Shown here one piece after another: positions 27,759-35,610 of a stretch of 35,610 nt of DNA (positions are counted from its first letter, which is position 1; each line of letters opens with the position of its first letter). A program made the translations under genes and the position numbers. A model generated the notes under the pieces. The model saw only the letters and a list, made by a program, of their open reading frames with translations, was not told the DNA's origin and ran no database searches. Source of the stretch: Alphaproteobacteria bacterium (GTDB lineage Bacteria; Pseudomonadota; Alphaproteobacteria; Rickettsiales; UBA998); assembly GCA_030430795.1 (NCBI GenBank), contig JAUIJX010000001.1, positions 1-35,610 on the forward strand, given 5' to 3'.

Positions 27759-29002
27759 TAATTGACCTGCAGGAAGGTGCGCGGCGCGGCGGAGATCTGC
27801 TTGAAGCCGTTCTTATCGACCTGCAGGACAGCCAGTCCGCGTTCGCTGATGCCATCGACGCGCAGGCGGAAGATACCGTTGGCCGGGCCGCTATAGCCGC
27901 TAGGATCGGTCAGAGCAGAGGCGGAGAATTGCCCCGGCTGCTGCGCCAGCGTTGCCGCCAGTGCCACCGAGTCGTAGGCCAGGCTGGCGAGGCGTTGCGG
28001 CTGATAACCGTAATTATTGGTGAAGCGTTGTTCAAAACCGCGATAGCTGCGCAGCGGAGAAGAGGCAAACCAGCCGCCATAGACATCGCTCATGCCGAGC
28101 AGCGCATCGTCATCCCACAGGCCAGTGCCGAGAAATTGCACGGCATCGTTGGTGACGCCGTAGGATTTCAGGCGTGCCAGAATCATTTTCAGGCGCTCGC
28201 CGCCTTCGGCCAGCAAGACAGCATCGACTTCCGGCTTGTCATATTGGCGGCCACCGAACAGGCGCTGGATTTCGATATCCACATCGGTGGCGCCCGGCGG
28301 GTAGAATTCAATGCCGACCAGCGGCTTGTTGTGCAGGATCATCATCTTGCGCAGGGCATCGGCGACAATGTTGCCATATGCGTTGGACGGCAGCAGGGCG
28401 GCGATGCGGTTCTTCTGATGCTGGAAGGCTTCGCCGACGACGCGCTGCACCTGCTGATCCGGCATGAAACCGGAAATGTAGGTGCCGCGGGCGGCGACTT
28501 CCTTGTTATTGGAGAAGGTAATGACCTGCACGTTGCGGGCTTTGGCAATTGGAGCGACCGCTTTCACCGATTCACCGAAAAGCGGGCCGATGATCAATTG
28601 TGCGCCTTCATCCAACGCTTCCTTGGCGGCTTTGGTCGCACCTTGAGGTGTGCCCTCGGTGTCTTTCGGCACCAATACGACCTGCGTGACGTGACCTTCC
28701 ATGGTGGCGTATTTATCGAACAGCGCCAGCATGCCGGCATCGAGCAGCGCCTGCCCAAGATCAGCAGCGTCACCACTCAGCGGTACTAACAGGCCGACTT
28801 TCACTTCCGGACCAGTCAGCGGCTTGAAGCCCTCTTTTTGTTCGTCCATCATGTTGCCCGGCGTGCCATAACCACGTTCCAGCGGCGGGCGCCGGGTGTT
28901 ATAGGTATCGTCTCTTGGTTGATAGGTCGGCCCCTGATGACATGCGGTGAGCAACCACATCAGTGACGTTATTCCGGTCAGTAGCCATATGATACGCTTC
29001 AT
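27755..29002 (-). CDS. Lipoprotein with a type-1 periplasmic-binding fold, LpoA-like (penicillin-binding protein activator family)
   Basis: It has a lipobox (MWLLTAC) at the ATG 29002 start and a LivK/PBP1-like body (KVGLLVPLSG...AQLIIGPLF...AALLPSNAYG). It is divergent from rsmI, as lpoA (yraM) is in E. coli. Confidence 0.75.
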   Translation of the reverse strand: MKRIIWLLTGITSLMWLLTACHQGPTYQPRDDTYNTRRPPLERGYGTPGNMMDEQKEGFKPLTGPEVKVGLLVPLSGDAADLGQALLDAGMLALFDKYATMEGHVTQVVLVPKDTEGTPQGATKAAKEALDEGAQLIIGPLFGESVKAVAPIAKARNVQVITFSNNKEVAARGTYISGFMPDQQVQRVVGEAFQHQKNRIAALLPSNAYGNIVADALRKMMILHNKPLVGIEFYPPGATDVDIEIQRLFGGRQYDKPEVDAVLLAEGGERLKMILARLKSYGVTNDAVQFLGTGLWDDDALLGMSDVYGGWFASSPLRSYRGFEQRFTNNYGYQPQRLASLAYDSVALAATLAQQPGQFSASALTDPSGYSGPANGIFRLRVDGISERGLAVLQVDKNGFKQISAAPRTFLQVNY

Positions 29003-29068
29003 AGCTGCCTCTTGTAAAACGATGCGACACTGTCTAAATCTTATCAAGCAGGGAACCATAGGCTAAGC

Positions 29069-29920
29069 ATGTCGAAAAGTAAATCCACCAAAACCGGCGA
29101 TGGGACACTTTATGTAGTCGCGACTCCGATCGGTAATCTTGCCGATTGGACATTTCGTGCGGTGGACATTGCCAAACGCGCCGATGTGATTGCCTGCGAA
29201 GATACACGCGTGACGGGCAAGCTGCTTCATCATTATGGTATTGGTACGCGCATGATGGCGTATCATGAACATAACGCCGCTGAGATGCGTCCTAAGCTGA
29301 TCGCCATGCTGGAAGAAGGCAAGCAGGTGGCGCTGATGAGCGATGCCGGGACGCCGCTGATTTCTGACCCCGGTTATAAGCTGATTACCGCATTGCGGGA
29401 GAGGGGACTGCGGATTGAGGTTATTCCAGGAGCCAGCAGCGTGACGGCGGCGCTCTCTGTCGCCGGGCTGCCGACCGATCAGTTTTTCTTCGCCGGGTTT
29501 GCCCCGAATAAGGCACAGGCGCGTAAGGCGTGGCTGGAGGAGTTGGCACCGATTCCCGGCACATGGGTGCTGTTTGAATCCGCTAAACGGCTGGCCAAAA
29601 CGCTGGCCGATATTGCGGTGATTTATCCGGCACGGCAGGTGGCGGTGGCACGCGAACTCACCAAGATTTACGAAGAAGTGGTGCATGGTACGGCAGCGGA
29701 ACTGGCGGCTGCGATGGAAGCCGATCCGCTGCGCGGGGAGATTGTGCTGCTGGTGGCGCCCGGCGGAGAAGGTGACCATGCACCGGACGAGGAAGCGCTG
29801 AAAGCAATGCTGAAGACATTACTGGAAACACACAGCACCAAGGAAGCGGTGGCGATTCTCACTGAGCAGAGTGGATTGCCACGCAAAAAGGTTTATGCAT
29901 GGGCGCTCGCATTGACATAA
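29069..29920 (+). CDS. rsmI: 16S rRNA (cytidine1402-2'-O)-methyltransferase
   Basis: Motifs LYVVATPIGNLAD, CEDTR and SDAGTPLISDPG are present, and the 283 aa length fits. Confidence 0.92.
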   Translation: MSKSKSTKTGDGTLYVVATPIGNLADWTFRAVDIAKRADVIACEDTRVTGKLLHHYGIGTRMMAYHEHNAAEMRPKLIAMLEEGKQVALMSDAGTPLISDPGYKLITALRERGLRIEVIPGASSVTAALSVAGLPTDQFFFAGFAPNKAQARKAWLEELAPIPGTWVLFESAKRLAKTLADIAVIYPARQVAVARELTKIYEEVVHGTAAELAAAMEADPLRGEIVLLVAPGGEGDHAPDEEALKAMLKTLLETHSTKEAVAILTEQSGLPRKKVYAWALALT

Positions 29921-30282
29921 CCGATAAGCGCAAACGTGCTTACAAACGCGGATTGTGGTCGGAGACGCTGGCGGCGCTGTGGCTGATGTTGCAGGGGTAT
30001 CGTATCCTGAAGCGGCGCTACAAGACCCCATATGGCGAGATCGATCTGGTGGCGTGCCGCGGGCCGATGCTGGCGATGGTGGAGGTGAAAGCGCGCCCGG
30101 ACTTGACGCAGGGGCTGGAGTCGGTAACGCGGCATCAGCAACAACGGATTGAGCAGGCGGTGCTGATGTTTCTGCAGGAAAATCCGGCATATGCACAGCA
30201 TGCGCTGCGGCTGGATGTGATGGTCTGCCGCCCGTGGCGCTGGCCGCATCACCTGAAAGATGCGTGGCGGCCTGAATCGTGA
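29899..30282 (+). CDS. YraN-family (UPF0102) endonuclease-like protein
   Basis: The ~127 aa protein has the GEIDLVA...MVEVKAR core typical of YraN. It sits directly after rsmI with a 22-bp overlap. Confidence 0.85.
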   Translation: MGARIDITDKRKRAYKRGLWSETLAALWLMLQGYRILKRRYKTPYGEIDLVACRGPMLAMVEVKARPDLTQGLESVTRHQQQRIEQAVLMFLQENPAYAQHALRLDVMVCRPWRWPHHLKDAWRPES

Positions 30283-30333
30283 CTTGCTTTGCCAAAATCA
30301 CCCCGGCATAATACGCCCACACGGAGGTTACTT

Positions 30334-30969
30334 ATGATACCACACTGGCTCAGGCTTGATCATATTTTCCTTATTCTCTCAGTCGGGTTGCTGCTGCTGT
30401 GCGGCGTGTTGCTCAGCGGATGCCAAACCGTGGCGATGAGTGGCGCTACCGGCGCCGGGATTGCTGCCGTGGAAGAACGCTCCATCGGTACAGTGGTGGA
30501 TGACACCACGATTTATGCCGAGATCAACCATCTGTTTATACAGGCCGATGTGAACGACCTGCTGACCAATGTCGATATTCGCGTCAATGACGGGCGGGTA
30601 TTGCTGACCGGTCAGGTGAATCATGCGCAAACGCCGGTGGAAGCCGTGCGGCTGGCATGGGAAGCGCGCGGAGTGCGTGAGGTCATCAACGAGATCAAAG
30701 TGAACAATGAATCGACCATCGCGGAATATGCGCAGGATCAGTGGATCGAGACGCAGATTGAAGCGCGGTTGCTGGCGACCAAGGACATCAAGTCCATCAA
30801 CTACACGGTGGAAGTGGTTGGTGGTGTGGTCTATCTGCTCGGGATTGCGCAGGATGCCGAAGAATTACGGAATGCCGCTTACATCGCCAGTATTACTGAG
30901 GGTGTACAGAAAGTGATCAGTTATGTACGGCTGAAGACTGATCCGGGAGTGCGCCCACAAGCGCTCTGA
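30334..30969 (+). CDS. BON-domain lipoprotein (DolP/YraP-like)
   Basis: It has a lipobox (LLSGCQ) and two BON-like repeats (DVNDLLTNVDIRVNDGRVLLTGQV and TKDIKSINYTVEVVGGVVYLLGIA). GGAGG lies at 30323-30327, before ATG 30334. Confidence 0.83.
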   Translation: MIPHWLRLDHIFLILSVGLLLLCGVLLSGCQTVAMSGATGAGIAAVEERSIGTVVDDTTIYAEINHLFIQADVNDLLTNVDIRVNDGRVLLTGQVNHAQTPVEAVRLAWEARGVREVINEIKVNNESTIAEYAQDQWIETQIEARLLATKDIKSINYTVEVVGGVVYLLGIAQDAEELRNAAYIASITEGVQKVISYVRLKTDPGVRPQAL

Positions 30970-30972
30970 TTC

Positions 30973-31914
30973 ATGTCACTCCGTGTTGCGATTCAAATGG
31001 ACCCGCCGGCGCGGTTGAACCCCGCCGGGGATTCGACCATCATTCTGGCGCAGGAAGCTGCCGCGCGTGGGCATACGCTCTATTATTACGAACCGCACTG
31101 GCTGACCTGCACTGCCGGGAATATCACGACCATTGCCTATCCGCTCAGCTGTACCGGCGACCCGGTTGACTGGTTCCATCTGGGCGATGCAGAGACGCTT
31201 AACCTTGCCGATATGCATGTGGTGCTGATGCGTCAGGACCCACCGTACGATATGCGGTATCTGAGCGCGACCTATCTGCTGGAGCAGGTGTCCGATCATG
31301 TGCTGGTGGTGAACAACCCAACGGTGGTGCGCAATTTGCCGGAGAAAATCTTTCCGCTGCATTTTGCCGAGTATATGCCGGAGACGCTGATTGCCAGCAG
31401 TAAGGAACCGGTCTATGCGTTTTTGAAAGAACATGGCGATATTGTTATCAAGCCGCTATACGGGTTTGGTGGGCATGACGTGTTCCGCCTGCGCGAAGGG
31501 GCGGATAATATCGACGCGATTTTAGAGACGTTGTTTACAGCCAACCATGAACCGTTTATGGCGCAACGTTTCCTGCCGGAAGTGGATTCCGGCGACCGGC
31601 GGATTATCCTAATCGACGGCAAGGTGGAAGGGGTGAGCGGACGTATCCCCGCGGCCGGGGAGATTCGCGCCAATTTCCGTGTCGGCGGCAGCGCTGCCAA
31701 GGCCGAGCTTACGCCGCGTCAGCAGGAAATCTGCGACAAAGTGGGCGCGTATTGTAGGGAACACGGGTTGTTGTTTGTAGGGCTGGATGTGATCGGCGAT
31801 TATCTGACGGAGATCAATATCACCTCACCGACCGGGCTGCGGGCAGTCAAAGACCTTTACGGCGTGACGCCGGAGAAGCGTTTCTGGGATGCGGTGGAAG
31901 CGCGGGTAGCGTAG
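30973..31914 (+). CDS. gshB: Glutathione synthetase
   Basis: Motifs MRQDPPYDM, KPLYGFGG, EIRANFRVGG and GLDVIGDYLTEINITSPTG (ATP-grasp) are present. Confidence 0.93.
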   Translation: MSLRVAIQMDPPARLNPAGDSTIILAQEAAARGHTLYYYEPHWLTCTAGNITTIAYPLSCTGDPVDWFHLGDAETLNLADMHVVLMRQDPPYDMRYLSATYLLEQVSDHVLVVNNPTVVRNLPEKIFPLHFAEYMPETLIASSKEPVYAFLKEHGDIVIKPLYGFGGHDVFRLREGADNIDAILETLFTANHEPFMAQRFLPEVDSGDRRIILIDGKVEGVSGRIPAAGEIRANFRVGGSAAKAELTPRQQEICDKVGAYCREHGLLFVGLDVIGDYLTEINITSPTGLRAVKDLYGVTPEKRFWDAVEARVA

Positions 31915-31916
31915 GC

Positions 31917-32690
31917 TTAAGCTTCAACGATGAATCCGCCATTGGCATAATCCGGTTTGCCGTAACGGAACGGCTCACCTTCCAGTGTGGTCATGCGCCC
32001 GCCAGCGGCTTCGACGATGGCATGGCCGGCGGCGGTATCCCATTCCATAGTGCGTCCGGCGCGCGGATAGAGATCGGCGTTACCGTTGGCGACCTGACAG
32101 AATTTATACGAGCTGGAGGCATGCACGACGGTGGCGACGCCGAATTCATCCAGCATGGCCTGCGTGTTGGGTGAAGGATGGTGTTTGCTGAGAACGACGG
32201 CGCGGCTGCCTTTCTCCCGCCGCTCGGTGTGGATGGGCTGCGGGTCACTATCTCCTGATATTTGAAATGCGCCGGTGGCGTCACTGCCAAAAAACCCTTC
32301 GTCTTTCGCAGGCAGATAGATGATTCCAGCGACGGGATGTTTCCCTTCGATCAGCCCGATATTAACGGTGAACTCATCCTCACCGCGAATGAAACCCTTG
32401 GTGCCGTCAAGCGGATCGACCAGCCAGAAACGCGCCTCGACATCGACGTCGCGCACCGCTTCTTCCGAGACGACAGGGATGTCCGGGAACATGATTTGCA
32501 ATTGCTTTACGATGTAGGCGCTGGCAAGCGTATCCGCCTCGGTGACGGGGGAATGATCGTCCTTGTATTCCACTTCCAGTCCGCCGCTGCGCACCTCCAT
32601 GATGAGCCGACCGGCTTCTTTGGCGATGAGAAAAAGCGACTGAAGAAAGGACAGGTCCCGGCGTGCCGGGTCGTGATTATCTGGTTGCAT
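31917..32690 (-). CDS. cysQ: 3'(2'),5'-bisphosphate nucleotidase (CysQ; inositol monophosphatase superfamily)
   Basis: Motifs DIPVVSEEA, WLVDPLDGTKGFI, FTVNIGLI and EWDTAAGHAIVEAAGG are present. The start is set at ATG 32690 (MQPDNHDP). Confidence 0.8.
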   Translation of the reverse strand: MQPDNHDPARRDLSFLQSLFLIAKEAGRLIMEVRSGGLEVEYKDDHSPVTEADTLASAYIVKQLQIMFPDIPVVSEEAVRDVDVEARFWLVDPLDGTKGFIRGEDEFTVNIGLIEGKHPVAGIIYLPAKDEGFFGSDATGAFQISGDSDPQPIHTERREKGSRAVVLSKHHPSPNTQAMLDEFGVATVVHASSSYKFCQVANGNADLYPRAGRTMEWDTAAGHAIVEAAGGRMTTLEGEPFRYGKPDYANGGFIVEA

Positions 32691-32793
32691 GTCGGCATAA
32701 AAGCACACATAGATCGCCACATGCCAGCTTTTTTCGTTACACTTCATTTCGATTGCGCTATGAGTAGCAGCAACGCAACCGTATTCGATACTC

Positions 32794-35610
32794 ATGGCTG
32801 ATCGCTACGAAACCCTGTTTAAGAAGAAACTGAAAGAAATCTTTGCCACGTTCGATAAAAAACCGGACAAGCAAATGACCGTGTTTATCGAGCAGTTTCT
32901 GGCCAAGACAGCGCTGATGGATCTGGAAGCGCTGAATGTCACCCAGATTACCTATACCATGCAGGCGGCGTATGATTTCATGCAGAACCGCACGTCGGGC
33001 AAACCGAAAATCCGCGTTTATACTCCGAACCCGAAGAAGGCAGGCTACACACGTCAGCGCACAGTGGTGCAGCTGGTCAATGACGATATGCCGTTTCTGG
33101 TGGATTCGATCACGGCGGAACTGAACCGGCAAGGCTTCACCATCTATGAGACGATGCACCCGATCATTCATGTGGAGCGCGACAGCAAAGGTGCCCTGAA
33201 ATCTGTCCATAGCGATGAGACGGAGAAGAGCAACAAGGAATCGATGATCAGTTTCCAGATTTCTGCGCTGCCGGACGGGATTACCTCCGAGCAATTGTCG
33301 CAGGATCTGGCCTATGTGCTGGAATATGTCTATCTGGCGGTTGCTGATTGGAAGCATATGCTGGCCCGGATGGGTGAGACGCGCCAGTATGTGCAGTCTC
33401 TGCGCAAGGGGGTGGAGCGTGATGAGCGCGAGGAGGCGGCAGATTTTCTGGCATGGCTGACGCGCAATAATTTCGTGCTGCTCGGCTATATCGAATATGA
33501 TTTCTACGACAGCAAAGGCAACGAAAAGCTGAGCGTGGTCAAAGGCTCGGAGCTTGGCGTGTTCCGCGCCGAGGATAGCCGTTTCAAATATAAAGGGCTG
33601 GCATCGATCCCGCCGGAAATGCGCCGGTTTGCGCTGGAGCCGCAGGTTATCGAGATCACCAAATCGAACCATAAATCCATCGTTCACCGCCCGGTGCAGA
33701 TGGATTATATCGGCATTAAACGTCTGGATGAGGCGGGCAATGTCGTGGGGGAATGCCGTTTCCTCGGCCTGTTTACCTCGATCGTGTATTACCAGAGTGC
33801 CGATAATATCCCGTATATCCGTCATAAGATTAACCAGACATTGCGGCGCGCCAATTTTGACCCGCTGAGTCATAACGGGAAATCACTGCGGGCGATTCTG
33901 GAATTCTTCCCGCGCGACGAGCTGTTCCAGATTTCCGAGGACGATCTGTTCAATATCAGCCTTGGGGTGATGTCGCTGGAGGAGCGACCGGATACGCGCC
34001 TGTTTATCCGTGCCGATAAATATCAGCGGTTCCTCAGTTGTTTCGTCTACATGCCGCGCGATAAGTTCAATACGTTTGTGCGGAAAGAAGTGGCACAGGT
34101 GCTGGAGCGGCATTTCAACGGCACGCTGACAGGGTTTTATACGCAGCTGACCGACTCACCATTGGCGCGGCTGCATCTGATTATCAAGACGCGTTCCGGC
34201 TCGGTGCCGGTTTATGACATCGAGGCGATTGAAGAAGAAATCAGCGATATCATCAATTTCTGGATCGATGCGCTGCGCGAAGAATTGATCGAAGTGCATG
34301 GCGAGAAGCGCGGAGAATCGCTGTTCCGCACCTTCCAGAACGCTTTCCCGAAAAACTATATCAACAGTACGCGCCGTCAGGATGCGGTGATCGATATATC
34401 CAAGTTTTATGCCTGTGTGCAGTCGGGCCGTCCGTCGGTCAATATGTTGTTCGATGGCACGTCCGATACGCAGGACTTCCAGCTCAAGGTCTACAGCACC
34501 GAGTCAGGGGCGGCGCTTTCTGACATGCTGCCGATGCTGGAGAATATGGGCTGCAAGGTGATGGATGTGACGACCTATACCATCCACCCGGAATGGGAAT
34601 ATCGTCAGGAAGTGACGCTGCGGATTTTCCGTCTGCGGTTGAAAGACCCGCGCAAGATCGATTTCACGGCACGCAAGAAGCTGTTTGAAGAAGCGATGGT
34701 ACGTATCTGGTGTAGTGACGTGGAGAATGACGGCTATAACGCGCTGATTCTACGTGCCGGCATTACCTGGCGGCAGACTGAAATGCTGCGCGCGTACGGA
34801 AAATATCTGAAGCAGGCCGGGCTGTCCTATAGTGAGTTCTACATTGCCACGGCGTTGTCCGAGCATCCGTTGCTGTCGTGCCAGTTGGTGACGTTGTTTG
34901 AAATGCGTTTTGATCCGGCGGTAGAAAAGGGGCGTGAGAAGCAACTCGCCAAGCAATTAAGCGCCATTCAGGATAATCTGACGTCGGTGAGCAACCTGTC
35001 GGAAGACCGTATTATTCGTCGCTTTGCCGATGTGATTATGGCGACGCTGCGCACTAATTATTATCAGGAGCAGATTAAGGGCGAGCCTCGCTCGTATATC
35101 TCGTTCAAGCTGGATTCATCCAAAGTACCGGAGTTGCCGCTGCCACGACCGTATGCCGAGATTTTCGTCTATTCGATTCGCACGGAGGGTATTCACCTGC
35201 GCGGTGGGAAAGTGGCGCGCGGGGGGCTGCGCTGGTCTGACCGTCCGGAGGATTTCCGTACTGAGATTCTGGGGTTGATGAAAGCACAGATGGTGAAGAA
35301 CTCGGTGATTGTGCCGGTCGGCTCTAAGGGTGGGTTCGTGGTGAAGCGTCCGCCGAAGGAAGCCGGGCGCGAGGCAATGCAGGAAGAGGGCATTTTCTGC
35401 TACACGCAATTCCTGCAAGGGCTGCTGGATATTACCGATAATATTGTGAATGGTGCGATTGTGCCGCCGAAAGATGTGGTGCGTCATGACGGCGATGATC
35501 CCTATCTGGTGGTGGCGGCCGACAAGGGGACGGCGACGTTCTCCGACCTCGCGAACGACATCGCCGGTTCCCGCGGCTTCTGGCTCGACGACGCGTTCGC
35601 CTCGGGTGGC
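32794..35610 (+). CDS. gdhB: NAD-specific glutamate dehydrogenase, large (~1600 aa) GdhB type; 3' end lies outside the window
   Basis: The frame is open from ATG 32794 to the window end (939 codons). Hallmark segments include LRGGKVARGGLRWSDRPEDFRTEILGLMKAQMVKNSVIVPVGSKGGF and DPYLVVAADKGTATFSD. Confidence 0.93.
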   Translation, partial: MADRYETLFKKKLKEIFATFDKKPDKQMTVFIEQFLAKTALMDLEALNVTQITYTMQAAYDFMQNRTSGKPKIRVYTPNPKKAGYTRQRTVVQLVNDDMPFLVDSITAELNRQGFTIYETMHPIIHVERDSKGALKSVHSDETEKSNKESMISFQISALPDGITSEQLSQDLAYVLEYVYLAVADWKHMLARMGETRQYVQSLRKGVERDEREEAADFLAWLTRNNFVLLGYIEYDFYDSKGNEKLSVVKGSELGVFRAEDSRFKYKGLASIPPEMRRFALEPQVIEITKSNHKSIVHRPVQMDYIGIKRLDEAGNVVGECRFLGLFTSIVYYQSADNIPYIRHKINQTLRRANFDPLSHNGKSLRAILEFFPRDELFQISEDDLFNISLGVMSLEERPDTRLFIRADKYQRFLSCFVYMPRDKFNTFVRKEVAQVLERHFNGTLTGFYTQLTDSPLARLHLIIKTRSGSVPVYDIEAIEEEISDIINFWIDALREELIEVHGEKRGESLFRTFQNAFPKNYINSTRRQDAVIDISKFYACVQSGRPSVNMLFDGTSDTQDFQLKVYSTESGAALSDMLPMLENMGCKVMDVTTYTIHPEWEYRQEVTLRIFRLRLKDPRKIDFTARKKLFEEAMVRIWCSDVENDGYNALILRAGITWRQTEMLRAYGKYLKQAGLSYSEFYIATALSEHPLLSCQLVTLFEMRFDPAVEKGREKQLAKQLSAIQDNLTSVSNLSEDRIIRRFADVIMATLRTNYYQEQIKGEPRSYISFKLDSSKVPELPLPRPYAEIFVYSIRTEGIHLRGGKVARGGLRWSDRPEDFRTEILGLMKAQMVKNSVIVPVGSKGGFVVKRPPKEAGREAMQEEGIFCYTQFLQGLLDITDNIVNGAIVPPKDVVRHDGDDPYLVVAADKGTATFSDLANDIAGSRGFWLDDAFASGG

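Noticed and set aside
27665-28789. 374-aa ORF on the plus strand.
   Set aside because: It is antisense to the LpoA-like lipoprotein gene, which has a lipobox, a ribosome-binding site and a recognisable periplasmic-binding fold. The plus-strand product has no motifs and overlaps the hemW 3' end.
29063-29779. 238-aa ORF on the minus strand.
   Set aside because: It is antisense to rsmI, whose motifs are unambiguous. It has no signature of its own.
32758-33873. 371-aa ORF on the minus strand.
   Set aside because: It lies entirely antisense to the strongly supported NAD-glutamate dehydrogenase frame. Its composition (Arg/His/Leu/Gln-rich, no motifs) is typical of a shadow ORF. Long antisense ORFs in large gdh genes are a known annotation artefact.

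Overview
This is a densely packed chromosomal segment, most consistent with an alphaproteobacterium. Supporting features are a petA-petB-petC bc1 operon, a membrane-anchored CycM-like cytochrome c, an lspA-DUF3035-M16-M16 cluster and a large NAD-specific glutamate dehydrogenase. I call about 35 protein genes, nearly all housekeeping: respiration, heme synthesis, envelope and lipid-carrier cycle, secretion, purine and flavin metabolism, and mismatch repair. Many starts and stops overlap, and long gene strings run in the same direction. I found no rRNA, tRNA, CRISPR array, cas gene, transposase, integrase or phage gene. I do not see a convincing multi-gene novel system; this is largely an ordinary core region. 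Four loci deserve a second look. (1) An AT-rich two-gene cassette at 5014-5785 has its own sigma70-like promoter and encodes an orphan protein translationally coupled to an 82-aa stand-alone cyclic-nucleotide-binding beta-roll. (2) A 214-bp element with perfect 15-bp terminal inverted repeats and an internal ~43-bp duplication fills the purH / orphan-gene spacer (25503-25716). (3) An orphan 279-aa helical protein (25726-26565) is divergent from hemW. (4) Both window termini differ in codon usage from the body, and at the left end an SPFH gene is cut short, which suggests a rearrangement or an assembly chimera. All functional calls come from motif recognition by eye in the supplied translations; no database search was run.
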